64,000 nt of DNA, taken from NCBI GenBank assembly GCA_040390045.1, contig JAZJZC010000005.1, positions 3,360 through 67,359 on the forward strand, written 5' to 3'. Source of the stretch: Patescibacteria group bacterium (GTDB lineage: Bacteria; Patescibacteriota; Minisyncoccia; Phycocordibacterales; SIBU01). The notes under the pieces are model-generated. The model had not been told where the DNA came from and ran no database searches. It worked only from the letters and a program-made list of their open reading frames with translations. Below are positions 1 through 9,322 of this stretch, in pieces; positions within the stretch are counted from its first letter, which is position 1; each line of letters starts with the position of its first letter. The translations under genes and the position numbers were made by a program.

Positions 1-420
1 ACTCGTGATACCTCAAAAAATGTAGAACAGGATGTCGTTCGAGTACAACGAGGAACTAATAAAATTGATGTACTTCACGAACTTTTGAATCGCGAGGAAT
101 TCAGCAAAGTTTTGATTTTCGGACGAACCAAGCACGGAGTTGAAAAACTTTCTAAAGAGCTCGAGAAACGAGGATTTAAAGCCGAATCAATTCACGGTAA
201 CAAAAATCATTCGAAGCGTCAGCGCGCGCTTTCTCTTTTCAAGGAAAACCACGCCAAGATTTTGGTAGCGACGGACGTGGCGGCGCGAGGGCTTGATATT
301 GCAGACGTGTCGCATGTTATCAATTTTGATTTGCCAGCTACCTACGAAGATTATGTCCACCGAATTGGACGAACTGGCCGAGCTGACAAGCGCGGTAAAG
401 CACTTACATTTTTGGAGTAA
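1..420 (+). CDS. DEAD-box ATP-dependent RNA helicase, C-terminal helicase domain (5' end outside window)
   Basis: Frame 1 is open from base 1. The translation KIDVLHELLNREEFSKVLIFGRTKHGVEKL...ILVATDVAARGLDI...HRIGRTGRA shows the helicase-C motifs V and VI. Confidence 0.8.
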   Translation, partial: TRDTSKNVEQDVVRVQRGTNKIDVLHELLNREEFSKVLIFGRTKHGVEKLSKELEKRGFKAESIHGNKNHSKRQRALSLFKENHAKILVATDVAARGLDIADVSHVINFDLPATYEDYVHRIGRTGRADKRGKALTFLE

Positions 421-426
421 AATAAT

Positions 427-615
427 ATGAAAACCATAACCAAAAAATTAGCCGTCACTAAAAGACGAAATTTCCAACAGCCCGGAAAGTGGGTTGATCG
501 ACCCCGCAAGAGTATTATTCTTTTGTGTTTGTGTGGTAATAAATATATTAAGACTCGTGATAAGCAAATTGTGTGTATCAGATGCATCAATCACGGTGTG
601 CCACCAACAATCTAA
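427..615 (+). CDS. small Cys-rich (zinc-ribbon-like) hypothetical protein
   Basis: 62-aa ORF with a CLCG...CIRC cysteine pattern. It is followed directly by a terminator. Confidence 0.35.
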   Translation: MKTITKKLAVTKRRNFQQPGKWVDRPRKSIILLCLCGNKYIKTRDKQIVCIRCINHGVPPTI

Positions 616-620
616 AAAAA

Positions 621-648
621 ACCACAAGCAATAGCTTGTGGTTTTTTG
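621..648 (+). terminator. rho-independent terminator
   Basis: ACCACAAGC-AATA-GCTTGTGGT hairpin followed by a T6 run. Confidence 0.6.
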
Positions 649-670
649 TATGCTAGGATTGTGATATAAA

Positions 671-886
671 ATGAAAAATTACGTCGAAAGGGTTTTTAGC
701 AATTGGCCGAAGCTTAAAAAAATAATTGCCATTGCGCTCATTGTTTTAGGGTTTCTGGCTTTAGTTACGCCGCTGACACCGGGTTCTTGGCTTGTGTTTG
801 TTGGACTTGAATTACTCGGTGTAGATTTACTTTTTTGGAAAAAAATTAAGGAGTGGTTTAAGAACGGAAATCGGGGTCATTTTTAG
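671..886 (+). CDS. small integral membrane protein, hypothetical
   Basis: 71 aa with two hydrophobic helices (IIAIALIVLGFLALV, WLVFVGLELLGV). Confidence 0.45.
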   Translation: MKNYVERVFSNWPKLKKIIAIALIVLGFLALVTPLTPGSWLVFVGLELLGVDLLFWKKIKEWFKNGNRGHF

Positions 887-968
887 TGTCGTGTTGTCTA
901 CATTTGTCGGAACAAAACAAAAAAACTGTCAAGTTGAAAAATGCAGAGCTGGGGATTAGTATTGGGGG

Positions 969-1523
969 ATGAATAATAATACACAACCAGCAAAAGTGGT
1001 GTCGGGAGGACAAGCTGCCCCTAGCAATACGGGCTTGTATATCGTAGCGGTTTTGATTATCGGTTTGATTGTCGGATTTTTTATTGGATCGTACTGGCAG
1101 AGTCATGTGAAGAAAGCGGCTACCGCTGATACGCAGACCGAAACAGAAGATCAGCCAGTTGATCAGGCTGCAGACGAAACTGGTTCGGGTGTTACCACAA
1201 ATACGCCAAGCGATAATATGGTAAGTGTTGCTGATCAAGCGGCAACCACATTGGTGCGTGTTGATTCAGTTTCTCTCACTGAACCAGCATGGGTAGCGGT
1301 ACGAGAAGATAACAGCGGAGCTCTTGGAAAAATTTTGGGAGCTCAACGATTTGATGCTGGAACCTACACAAATGTTGTCATTAGTCTTTTGCGCAGTACA
1401 GAAGTTGGAAAAACCTACCACATTGTGTTGTATCGAGACGATGGCACAAAAGTTTTCAACTATAGCGCCGCTGGATTTATTCCGGGCTTGAGCGAGGAGT
1501 TTACGGTTTTCGCGGCTAAATAG
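969..1523 (+). CDS. membrane-anchored hypothetical protein
   Basis: N-terminal TM helix (LYIVAVLIIGLIVGFFIG), an acidic low-complexity linker and a C-terminal globular region. A strong terminator follows. Confidence 0.5.
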   Translation: MNNNTQPAKVVSGGQAAPSNTGLYIVAVLIIGLIVGFFIGSYWQSHVKKAATADTQTETEDQPVDQAADETGSGVTTNTPSDNMVSVADQAATTLVRVDSVSLTEPAWVAVREDNSGALGKILGAQRFDAGTYTNVVISLLRSTEVGKTYHIVLYRDDGTKVFNYSAAGFIPGLSEEFTVFAAK

Positions 1524-1537
1524 TTTTCTCAGAAAAA

Positions 1538-1575
1538 TCCCCCGTCCCGATGTACATCGGGACGGGGGATTTTCT
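1538..1575 (+). terminator. rho-independent terminator
   Basis: TCCCCCGTCCCGATG/CATCGGGACGGGGGA hairpin followed by a T-run. Confidence 0.65.
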
Positions 1576-1599
1576 CTTACGCGCCTCGCGGTTGCTTTT

Positions 1600-2577
1600 T
1601 TGCACCAAATGACTAGAATAGCCGGAGATAAAAATTGGAAAGAGACACCTATGATAACGGTTTCAAGTCTGTTTTATGCTCCTATAAAATCCGCAGGAGG
1701 GAGGTGGGTTAACAAGGGTGGTTCAGGGCTATCGGTGGGTCCACGAGGGTTTGATTATGACCGTCGGTGGGTTGTGGTCGGAGAAGGAAACATGTTTGTT
1801 GCTCAAAGACGAGCGAGTCTTCCCGTTCCGCTTCCTGGTGCAGTGGTTGACGCCCTCACGCCTTTGGGACTTGGTATTGAAGTGAGAATTCTGTGTCAGG
1901 TTCAACCCACTCTTTTTTACGATGAGCTTCTGGTGCACGCGCCCAATATGCGCTCATTGCATCTCCCGCTCGCGGGGAAAAAGGGCATGGAAGAAAAGAT
2001 TACGGTGTGGCGTGATCGTGAGCTTCTTGCGATAGATCAAGGTGATGAAGCCGCGAGCTGGTTTAGCGAGTTTCTCTCCCGTGAGCGACCCGGGGAATAT
2101 CGGCTTATGCGGATGACTGATGGATGCCAGAGGCAGAGTAAGGGTGGCACCGCGCTCCAAGGTTTCCATGATGGGTATCCATTCATGATGATTTCCGACG
2201 AGTCGCTCGGCGATCTTAACCGAAGGCTTCACGAAAAACATTTCGCTCCACTGCCAGCAAATCGTTTTCGGCCTGATATTTGGTTGCGTGGATGCCCGCC
2301 GTATTACGAGGATCGCCTGCGGCGTATCCGAATTGGTGACGTGATTTTTGACGGCAAGGCGCTGTGCGATCGTTGTCCTATTACGTGCATTGACCAAGTC
2401 ACCGCTGTCCGAGGCAAGGAGCCTTTAGTCACACTTGCCACATATCGTCGTGGGAGAGATAAAGATGTTAGCGTTTTTGAAAAACCCAATGCCGTATTTT
2501 TCGGTCGATATTTTGACCACCAAAACTCCGGGGTGGTAATGGTTGGCGATGAGGTGGAAATTCTTGAGATGGATTAA
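1600..2577 (+). CDS. MOSC domain protein (MOSC N-terminal beta-barrel plus MOSC domain); true start may be the internal Met near 1651
   Basis: MITVSSLFYAPIKSAGG is typical of the MOSC_N barrel. A later Cys-containing MOSC region (CDRCPITC) is present. GC is visibly higher than in neighbouring genes. Confidence 0.7.
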   Translation: MHQMTRIAGDKNWKETPMITVSSLFYAPIKSAGGRWVNKGGSGLSVGPRGFDYDRRWVVVGEGNMFVAQRRASLPVPLPGAVVDALTPLGLGIEVRILCQVQPTLFYDELLVHAPNMRSLHLPLAGKKGMEEKITVWRDRELLAIDQGDEAASWFSEFLSRERPGEYRLMRMTDGCQRQSKGGTALQGFHDGYPFMMISDESLGDLNRRLHEKHFAPLPANRFRPDIWLRGCPPYYEDRLRRIRIGDVIFDGKALCDRCPITCIDQVTAVRGKEPLVTLATYRRGRDKDVSVFEKPNAVFFGRYFDHQNSGVVMVGDEVEILEMD

Positions 2578-2586
2578 GTTTTGTGT

Positions 2587-2620
2587 AGCCCCGATTCGCT
2601 TTGCGAATCGGGGCTTTTTC
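2587..2620 (+). terminator. rho-independent terminator
   Basis: AGCCCCGATTCGC/GCGAATCGGGGCT hairpin followed by TTTTT. Confidence 0.6.
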
Positions 2621-2651
2621 ATTTTGGTTCTGAAAATGTTAAAATCACTGC

Positions 2652-3215
2652 ATGGCAGAAACAGGAAAAAAAGAAGTAGCGATTTTCGGTGGCGGTTGTT
2701 TCTGGTGCACCGAGGCAGTGTTTAAAATGCTCCGCGGAGTTAGTTCAGTTTTGCCCGGGTATTCAGGTGGAACCACTAAAAATCCGACCTACGATGAAGT
2801 TAGCACCGGCCGGACAGGACACGCAGAAGTCATTCGACTTGAGTACGATCCAACACTGGTGAAATACCGAGATTTGCTGACAGTTTTTTTTGGCAGTCAC
2901 GATCCGACAACTCGAAACAGGCAGGGGAATGATGTGGGAACTGAATACCGCTCGGTAATTTTTTACACAACGCCAGAGCAGAAAAAAGTGGCAGAAGATT
3001 TTATTAAAGAAATCAACGATTCAAATGAGCATGGTGCGCCCGTTGTCACAGAACTTGAGCCAATCGATGTTTTTTACGAGGCAGAAAATTATCAGCGCGA
3101 TTATTTTGCTAATAATCCCGGGAATCCGTACTGTGAAGTGATTATCAATCCGAAGCTTGAAAAGGTACAGAAAAATTTTGCCAATTTATTAGAAGATCCT
3201 AATCTAAAAAAATAA
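2652..3215 (+). CDS. msrA: peptide methionine-S-sulfoxide reductase
   Basis: GGGCFWCTEAVF active-site motif and a length of about 187 aa. Confidence 0.9.
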   Translation: MAETGKKEVAIFGGGCFWCTEAVFKMLRGVSSVLPGYSGGTTKNPTYDEVSTGRTGHAEVIRLEYDPTLVKYRDLLTVFFGSHDPTTRNRQGNDVGTEYRSVIFYTTPEQKKVAEDFIKEINDSNEHGAPVVTELEPIDVFYEAENYQRDYFANNPGNPYCEVIINPKLEKVQKNFANLLEDPNLKK

Positions 3216-3216
3216 T

Positions 3217-3627
3217 ATGGATACAAAAACGATGCCCAAAAATGAAGACGAATGGAAGAAAAAATTGACTCCAGAACAGTATAAAGTGTTACGAGAAAGG
3301 GGTACCGAGATGCCCTTTAGTGGAAAACTCCTACATGAAAAAAAAGACGGGATGTATGCCTGTGCCGCCTGCGGCCAAGCTCTGTTTAGTTCAGATGCCA
3401 AATTTGATTCGGGTACTGGCTGGCCGTCATTTGATCAAGCTCTTCCCGGAGCGGTCAAAAATATTCCAGACAACTCACATGGCTCGTCGCGAACGGAAAT
3501 TGTATGCTCTCGGTGTGGGTCACATTTGGGTCATGTGTTTGACGATGGTCCGACCGATACAGGAAAAAGATATTGTTTGAACTCCGTGTGTTTGGATTTG
3601 GAGCTTATGGACCAGAAAAAATCCTAA
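3217..3627 (+). CDS. msrB: peptide methionine-R-sulfoxide reductase
   Basis: Two CxxC pairs (CAACGQ, CSRCGSHLGHVFDDGP) form the SelR fold. The gene is directly downstream of msrA. Confidence 0.9.
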   Translation: MDTKTMPKNEDEWKKKLTPEQYKVLRERGTEMPFSGKLLHEKKDGMYACAACGQALFSSDAKFDSGTGWPSFDQALPGAVKNIPDNSHGSSRTEIVCSRCGSHLGHVFDDGPTDTGKRYCLNSVCLDLELMDQKKS

Positions 3628-3694
3628 GTTTGCTTTTGAAGCTGTCAAAAATCGTGTTAGACTTTTCCTAGAAATTTCAAAAAGGAGTCATTTT

Positions 3695-3973
3695 GTGAAA
3701 AGCCATAGGAGGGTCATTGTCGAGGCGTTTTCGTCCGTTTGCGGAGTGGTGCTTGTTGTTTTCAACATAATCTTTGGTGTTGAAAGTCAGGTTAACCCTC
3801 GGGCCGCAATGGTTGGACAGCCAATCCACTTTACGTTCAAGGAATATCTGGAAGGAACGGCACGAGCGAACGGCAATACGTTTGTAAGCCGAGTTCTTGC
3901 AGTTGGCGTATACCCCGGTGTTAGGGTTGGCCAATGTATCAACAATTGGTTTTTTGTAAAACCTCGGAATTAA
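3695..3973 (+). CDS. hypothetical protein (weak call; overlaps an antisense ORF of similar size)
   Basis: ORF of 92 aa followed by a hairpin plus T-run on the same strand. No recognisable motif. Confidence 0.25.
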   Translation: MKSHRRVIVEAFSSVCGVVLVVFNIIFGVESQVNPRAAMVGQPIHFTFKEYLEGTARANGNTFVSRVLAVGVYPGVRVGQCINNWFFVKPRN

Positions 3974-3997
3974 TTTTGTAAGGCAACCGTATCATCG
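3973..3997 (+). terminator. rho-independent terminator
   Basis: GCAACCG-TATCAT-CGGTTGC hairpin followed by TTTTT. Confidence 0.45.
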
Positions 3998-4036
3998 GTT
4001 GCTTTTTATATTTAAAATCTCACGTATAATTACAAC

Positions 4037-4795
4037 ATGGAGAAAGTTAGAATTCCAAATTCAAAAGGTGTTAATTTGTCAGCAGTTATGCACCGGCCTA
4101 AATTTGAAACAAGCAAACTGGCAATTCTTTGTCCTGGGTATTTAGATACAAAAGATTATGACCACCTTGTTGCTTTGGCCGAAACACTCGTGGGACAAGG
4201 TTATACCGTTGTTCGCTTTGATCCAACGGGAACCTGGGAAAGCGAGGGAGATATTTCAGAATATACAACTACGCAATACTTGAGCGATGTGAAAAGTGTT
4301 TTGGAATATATGTTGCGAAAGGGGAATTACAAACAAATTCTTTTGGGCGGACATAGCCGTGGAGGAATGGTTTCTGTTCTCTATGCTGCGCGTGACCCAA
4401 GAATCTCAATGGTGCTTGGAATTATGCCTTCTTCTCCTTTTTCTTTAGATAAAAAAATAACGGAAGGTTGGGAAAAAACAGGCTTTGCTGAGGCGACGCG
4501 CGATGTGCCAGGGAAAAACGAAACTAAAAAGTTTCAAGTGCCATTTTCTCACGCGAAAGACAGAATGCAGTACAACTCCGTAGAGGATGCCGCAAAAATT
4601 CATGTTCCGGTGATTATTGTCGCAGGTGAACTAGACATGGTTGTTTTACCCGAATATGCAAAAATGATTTTCGATCGGGCTAATGAACCAAAAAAATTTA
4701 TCCTCATTCCGGGCGTTGGACATGACTATCGGCAAAACCCTTCTGAAATTGTACAGGTGAATACTAAAATTATTGAAGCGGTTTCTAGTCTATAA
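4037..4795 (+). CDS. alpha/beta-fold hydrolase
   Basis: GGHSRGG nucleophile elbow and a length of about 250 aa. Confidence 0.7.
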   Translation: MEKVRIPNSKGVNLSAVMHRPKFETSKLAILCPGYLDTKDYDHLVALAETLVGQGYTVVRFDPTGTWESEGDISEYTTTQYLSDVKSVLEYMLRKGNYKQILLGGHSRGGMVSVLYAARDPRISMVLGIMPSSPFSLDKKITEGWEKTGFAEATRDVPGKNETKKFQVPFSHAKDRMQYNSVEDAAKIHVPVIIVAGELDMVVLPEYAKMIFDRANEPKKFILIPGVGHDYRQNPSEIVQVNTKIIEAVSSL

Positions 4796-4802
4796 TGTAA
4801 GA

Positions 4803-5651
4803 ATGAAAAGGCTTTTCATTCTTGCGTTTTTTATTTTTCCCTCATTATCAGTTTTTGCCGTAACCCCAAGCGTTACTATTTTTCCTGAAACGATTATTCA
4901 AGGTGAGCCGGTGCGAGTTACGATTGAAAATGTTTCGGGTGTGGCGGAAGTGAAAGCTGTTTCATTTGACGGGAAGTCCGTCGGCGTATTTTTGCTTGAG
5001 GGCAAAGTGATGGCTTTTCTTGGAATTGATTTAAATAAAAAACCGGGCGATTATAAATTGTTGGTAACACTTTCAAGTGGAGAACAGCTTGAAAAAACCG
5101 TTTCGATTGGAGCTCGTGAAAAAATTTCTGCGCCACTCGGCATTCCGGAAAAACTTGGTGGCAATACACCCCAGGCGGCGACTAATTTGGTGAGTACATT
5201 AAGTCAGGAAAATGTCGTGCTCAATTCTCTTTGGACTCAACCAAAAGCTCTGTGGACTGGAAAATTTACATTTCCACTTGAAAATCCAATTGTTACGGAT
5301 TCCTATGGTTACACTCGTCAGACAAGTGGATACACCATTACGCACAAAGGCACTGATTTTAGAGCACCAGAAGGAACGAAAATTTTTGCAAGTAATAGAG
5401 GTGTCGTACGTCTCTCGCGAACTTTTCGAAATTATGGCAAAACAGTGGTGATTGATCATGGCCAAGGATTGTTTACGTTTTATATGCATCTTTCAAAAAT
5501 CAAAGTGAGTGAAGGACAACTGGTGTCAGCTGGACAGCTCATCGGTCTTTCAGGGCAGACAGGGTATGCCGAAAAGCCACACTTACACTTCACTGTTCGG
5601 GTTGGCGGTCTTTCAATCGACCCTATGAAATTCATGGCTCTGTTCCAGTAG
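4803..5651 (+). CDS. M23 (LytM-type) peptidase with signal peptide; the ORF track extends the start to 4773
   Basis: Signal peptide MKRLFILAFFIFPSLSVFA. M23 motifs HKGTDF...VIDHGQG...YMHLS...HLHF. Confidence 0.8.
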   Translation: MKRLFILAFFIFPSLSVFAVTPSVTIFPETIIQGEPVRVTIENVSGVAEVKAVSFDGKSVGVFLLEGKVMAFLGIDLNKKPGDYKLLVTLSSGEQLEKTVSIGAREKISAPLGIPEKLGGNTPQAATNLVSTLSQENVVLNSLWTQPKALWTGKFTFPLENPIVTDSYGYTRQTSGYTITHKGTDFRAPEGTKIFASNRGVVRLSRTFRNYGKTVVIDHGQGLFTFYMHLSKIKVSEGQLVSAGQLIGLSGQTGYAEKPHLHFTVRVGGLSIDPMKFMALFQ

Positions 5652-5780
5652 GTTTCGGGGCGTTTTCGCACTGAAACTTATCCCCCTTTTTCTTTGTGAC
5701 AGAGCGAAAAAAACATTGTAAAATATCGTTACGTATTAATAACTAGGTCGCGTAATAAATGAGCGAAAGCTCTAAATAAA

Positions 5781-6017
5781 ATGAAGAAGTTGCACATGGT
5801 GACGTTTATCCTTCTCGTTGTTGGAGGATTAAACTGGGGTTTGGTTGCAGTTGGTTATAATTTGGTAGATAGTATTTTTGGAATGGGATCAACGGTCGCT
5901 ATGATTATTTACGGATTGGTTGGTTTGTCAGCAGTGTACGAAATTATTTCACACAAGAAAAATTGTATGTGCTGTGAAAAGATGATGGGGGGTTCAAGCA
6001 CTCCGTCAGCGATGTAA
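5781..6017 (+). CDS. DUF378 family small membrane protein
   Basis: LLVVGGLNWGLVAVGYNLVD and IIYGLVGLSAVY match the conserved DUF378 pattern. Confidence 0.65.
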   Translation: MKKLHMVTFILLVVGGLNWGLVAVGYNLVDSIFGMGSTVAMIIYGLVGLSAVYEIISHKKNCMCCEKMMGGSSTPSAM

Positions 6018-6046
6018 GTTAGAACTTGAGAATTTTGTGTTGAAAA

Positions 6047-6080
6047 AGCCCCGCCGCGCCTTGCGCGGCGGGGCTTTTTC
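6047..6080 (+). terminator. rho-independent terminator
   Basis: AAAGCCCCGCCGCGC-CTTG-GCGCGGCGGGGCTTT hairpin followed by a T-run. Confidence 0.7.
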
Positions 6081-6111
6081 CTTTGTTTTACCCTATGCTA
6101 CAATTTATTCC

Positions 6112-6555
6112 ATGAAAGAAAAAATAACCTGCGCCTTTTGTGAAATTCCGGCAATTGCCGAACGGACTGTTATCAAAAACAAGTTGGCTTGGGCATTTCT
6201 AACCAACATCCCGATTACGCCTGGACATGTTTTAATTTCTCCAATTCGTTGTGTTGCAACACTCGACGAGATGACCGACAAAGAAATTGCTGCTATTTTT
6301 GATTTAAGAAAAAAGTTGCTACCCGTGTTAAAAAAATTATTTGGTGCAGAAGGTTTTCATTTCGCCTGGAACGAAGGAAAAGTCGCTAGCCAGTCAGTGC
6401 CACATTTTCATCTTCATGTTGTGTCGAGAAAAAAAGGAGACGAAGGAATTACCGAATTTGAACCACGTAAATTTTTATATCGTCCCGGGAGCCGACAAGA
6501 CAGCCCAGAAAAAGAATTACAAGAAGTGGCTACCATGATTCGCAAAGCCTTTTAG
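6112..6555 (+). CDS. HIT family (histidine triad) nucleotide hydrolase/transferase; the upstream part of the track ORF overlaps the terminator, so the start is at 6112
   Basis: CAFCEI...PGHVLISP...HFHLHVV histidine triad. Confidence 0.85.
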   Translation: MKEKITCAFCEIPAIAERTVIKNKLAWAFLTNIPITPGHVLISPIRCVATLDEMTDKEIAAIFDLRKKLLPVLKKLFGAEGFHFAWNEGKVASQSVPHFHLHVVSRKKGDEGITEFEPRKFLYRPGSRQDSPEKELQEVATMIRKAF

Positions 6556-6558
6556 TCC

Positions 6559-6849
6559 ATGACAGAGAAACAAATTATTTTAAAAAATTTCCAAATAATT
6601 CCCGGAGTGGGGAAGTCGATTGCGGAGGACTTATGGAATTTAGGTTTGCGAAAAGTTTCGGATCTTAAAGGAAAGGATCCCCAGAAACTCTACGACAAGC
6701 TTTGTAAAATAGAGAATGCTCACGTTGATCGCTGTATGCTCTACGTTTTTCGTTGCGCGGTCTATTTCGCTTCAAACACCCGGCATGATCCCGAAGCACT
6801 CAAGTGGTGGAGATGGAAAGATGATATAAAAAAACCGTCCACTTTGTAG
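6559..6849 (+). CDS. helix-hairpin-helix DNA-binding domain protein
   Basis: IPGVGKSIAEDLWNLGLRKVSDL is an HhH motif. Confidence 0.5.
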   Translation: MTEKQIILKNFQIIPGVGKSIAEDLWNLGLRKVSDLKGKDPQKLYDKLCKIENAHVDRCMLYVFRCAVYFASNTRHDPEALKWWRWKDDIKKPSTL

Positions 6850-6877
6850 TAAGGGACGGTTGGGTACGTTTCTTCAG

Positions 6878-8104
6878 CTAAGCCGCAAGAAGGAGGTTTG
6901 GATCAAGCGCGGCTGGTTCAGTCGGTCGCCACGAGATTTTCTTTCCTCCGAAGAATGTCAGGACGCCACCATAACTTTCCGGCATTTCCCATTCCCATCT
7001 CTCAAGTTCAAACGTTTGTTCGAGGTCAACTTTGATCCCGAAAGCGCGCGCGCCGTTTTCGACGGTGAAGGCGGCAAATGCTGGCGAGTCGAGCTGGCCA
7101 TATTGGTCGAACAGGTCGACTATCACTGGTCCGAGTGTTGGCGCAACGTGAGCTCCCGGACAGCCGCAAATACAAAGCTTGTCAAAATGCGGAGCCGAAT
7201 CGGGTCCAAAGTGGAATTTCTGGTACGCCGGTTTGTGCGCATTAAACATGACGAAGCGCACTGCCCGCATGTCAGGTGACTTCTGTGCCGGAGGCCTGAA
7301 ATGGCTTCTCGGATCAAGTCCCGTTTGTCCACGCCACTTGCCCTCGAGCAGATCATTTCGGGTGGCAAGGGCGTGTTGAATGGTGAGTCCTCCGGTGACG
7401 TTGGCCGGCATCTCACCAACCATGTCGATGGTTCGTTCGAGCGAAATGTGCTCAACGTTGAATCGTCCGCCTGGGAAGTCCGTTGTCGCCATCGGTTTGA
7501 AACGATTGCGCATGAAATAACTTTCCCGATGGTACGTGTCGATGTGATCACCCGGCTCTTCACCGTGAATGCACACAATGAAGCCGATCTCGAGCGCCCA
7601 GCCGACAGGTTGATACATGTCATTCTTGAATGAAGTCCACCCGTCTTTTGAATGGGTAACTCCGGCAGGGTAGATTTTCGCCGTTCTGACTCCGATGTCC
7701 CACGCGGCTTGCAACTCGACCCGTGTTGTTTTCGGCATGAGCTTAATGCTGACACTGAACCGGATGCTATTTTTGTTCTCTACTACCGGGATGAATCGGT
7801 CGAGTCCAGTGTGATACCGAACGACATCAGCGGCCGTGAGAATCGGCCCGGGTACCTGCGTGTTTGGTTGCAGTATGTCGTGTTGCGCCCACCAGCTCGT
7901 AGTAATGACAGCGGTCTTCATGCGCGGGATTGGTTTCTCTTCCAAAACTTTTCCCTCGGGAACATCTCGCGCGTGCCCGTGTGTTAACACGAACTTAGTG
8001 AATTTCCGACTAGCGCCGAGTGGCGTGGTGGAAGATTGCAGTGGCGGTAGCTTTTTCATGATATTGATTTTTCTAACGTGTTCAAATTTTTCTAGTCTGC
8101 GCAT
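6878..8104 (-). CDS. pyrC: dihydroorotase, class II-like (PyrC)
   Basis: The protein aligns by eye with E. coli PyrC. Matching segments are THGHARDV (HxH), KIYPAGVTHSKDGWTS, IHGEEPGDHIDTYHRESYF and FGPDSAPHFDKLCICGCPG. It lies in a high-GC block. Confidence 0.75.
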   Translation of the reverse strand: MRRLEKFEHVRKINIMKKLPPLQSSTTPLGASRKFTKFVLTHGHARDVPEGKVLEEKPIPRMKTAVITTSWWAQHDILQPNTQVPGPILTAADVVRYHTGLDRFIPVVENKNSIRFSVSIKLMPKTTRVELQAAWDIGVRTAKIYPAGVTHSKDGWTSFKNDMYQPVGWALEIGFIVCIHGEEPGDHIDTYHRESYFMRNRFKPMATTDFPGGRFNVEHISLERTIDMVGEMPANVTGGLTIQHALATRNDLLEGKWRGQTGLDPRSHFRPPAQKSPDMRAVRFVMFNAHKPAYQKFHFGPDSAPHFDKLCICGCPGAHVAPTLGPVIVDLFDQYGQLDSPAFAAFTVENGARAFGIKVDLEQTFELERWEWEMPESYGGVLTFFGGKKISWRPTEPAALDPNLLLAA

Positions 8105-8147
8105 ATCCTATTCCACGCAAAAGAAAAAGCAAGTCGGAAAGACTTGC

Positions 8148-9161
8148 TTAGAGACGGTTATAAAAGTGTGCCGCTTTGTACGAAGCGCGGATCATTTTTC
8201 GCACTTGAGTTGGTGCCAGAAAGGCGATTGATCCAGGGGACGTGGCCTCGGCGCCTGCCTCAATGACTTTCCACGCATCTTCTCCTGAAAGCAAACCACC
8301 ACCAGCTATGATTGGCTTAGTGATTCCGAGAGACGTCACCGCTCTTACCCACTCGAAAAGAAAGGGTTTGAGAGGCGCTCCTGAAAGGCCGCCAGCAAAA
8401 CTTGGGAAACGTTTGGCCATCGGTGAATCTGCAGGATTGGAAGTTCCAAAAAATTTCTCCCAATTAACCGGCGGCGTTTCCTTTGCCCATGTTGGTTGTT
8501 TCCCAAACGGCAAGGTGTTAAAGACGCAGATGGCATCGCAACGCGGATGTTTGGCGATGCGAAGCATGGAACTCGGGTGAACTTCCGGGCCGAATTTTAC
8601 AGCAACAGGAATGCGTGCCGGTAGGATGTTCTGGGCATCATCAAGAATCGGCAGTACCTCATCGATCAGGTCATTGGGGTCAAGTCCACCATTTGGACAG
8701 GACAGGTTGATTTGAATTGCCCAGTCAACCCAACGTAGATGTTCTCTGGTGTGAGCGAGCTGGGTGAAAATTTCTCTCAACTCAGCTCGCCGCGTCGCTG
8801 GCGTTTTCTCAAGGGACATAACCGATATCATGAACGGCTCAGCCATTGTGTTCCACCCGGCATGTTGTAGAAGAAACTCAAGTCCCGGACCACTGAGACC
8901 AACAGCGTTGAGAGCCAGTTGATGTTTGTGGCTAACTATAATGCACCTTGGCATCAATTCCTTCGGTGTCATTCTATCTTTCGCGAGCGGCATGTTGCCG
9001 GCGCGAGGAAGTAAGGTTGTGGTTTTTGTCACCGGTGTTGAGTAACGGAAACTACAACCAAATGGCCATAGCAGGTGATGGTACCAATACCCTCCGCAAT
9101 CGAAGTTTGTGGCACCTGCAGCTTGGCACACGGGCATGAATTTTATTCCGCGAAGAGTCAT
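8148..9161 (-). CDS. pyrD: dihydroorotate dehydrogenase family (PyrD-like)
   Basis: Contains the NLSCPN signature, an N-terminal GIKFMPVCQAAG and NAVGLSGPG. It lies in a high-GC block. Confidence 0.75.
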   Translation of the reverse strand: MTLRGIKFMPVCQAAGATNFDCGGYWYHHLLWPFGCSFRYSTPVTKTTTLLPRAGNMPLAKDRMTPKELMPRCIIVSHKHQLALNAVGLSGPGLEFLLQHAGWNTMAEPFMISVMSLEKTPATRRAELREIFTQLAHTREHLRWVDWAIQINLSCPNGGLDPNDLIDEVLPILDDAQNILPARIPVAVKFGPEVHPSSMLRIAKHPRCDAICVFNTLPFGKQPTWAKETPPVNWEKFFGTSNPADSPMAKRFPSFAGGLSGAPLKPFLFEWVRAVTSLGITKPIIAGGGLLSGEDAWKVIEAGAEATSPGSIAFLAPTQVRKMIRASYKAAHFYNRL

Positions 9162-9322
9162 AGAAGAATCGTAATGTTAAGGTTCCAATTTTCACTGGGT
9201 TAGTTTTAGCACGGGGTTGTCACGCAGGTCAATTTTAGATTTAGAACTTTCGAAGCTTGCAAATTTTTTGGCTGGGTATACCATTTGAATTGTAATTAAA
9301 AATTATTAACTAATCAAAAAAT

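Noticed and set aside
6037-6111. 5' extension of the HIT gene in the ORF track.
   Set aside because: The extension is read straight through the rho-independent terminator of the upstream gene. The real start is the Met at 6112, which begins the CAFCEI HIT motif.
7123-7755. Long antisense or alternative-frame ORFs inside pyrC/pyrD. The same pattern occurs inside the atp genes, rnj and pepN.
   Set aside because: They overlap well-supported genes with clear family motifs on the other strand or frame. High-GC coding regions generate long shadow ORFs.
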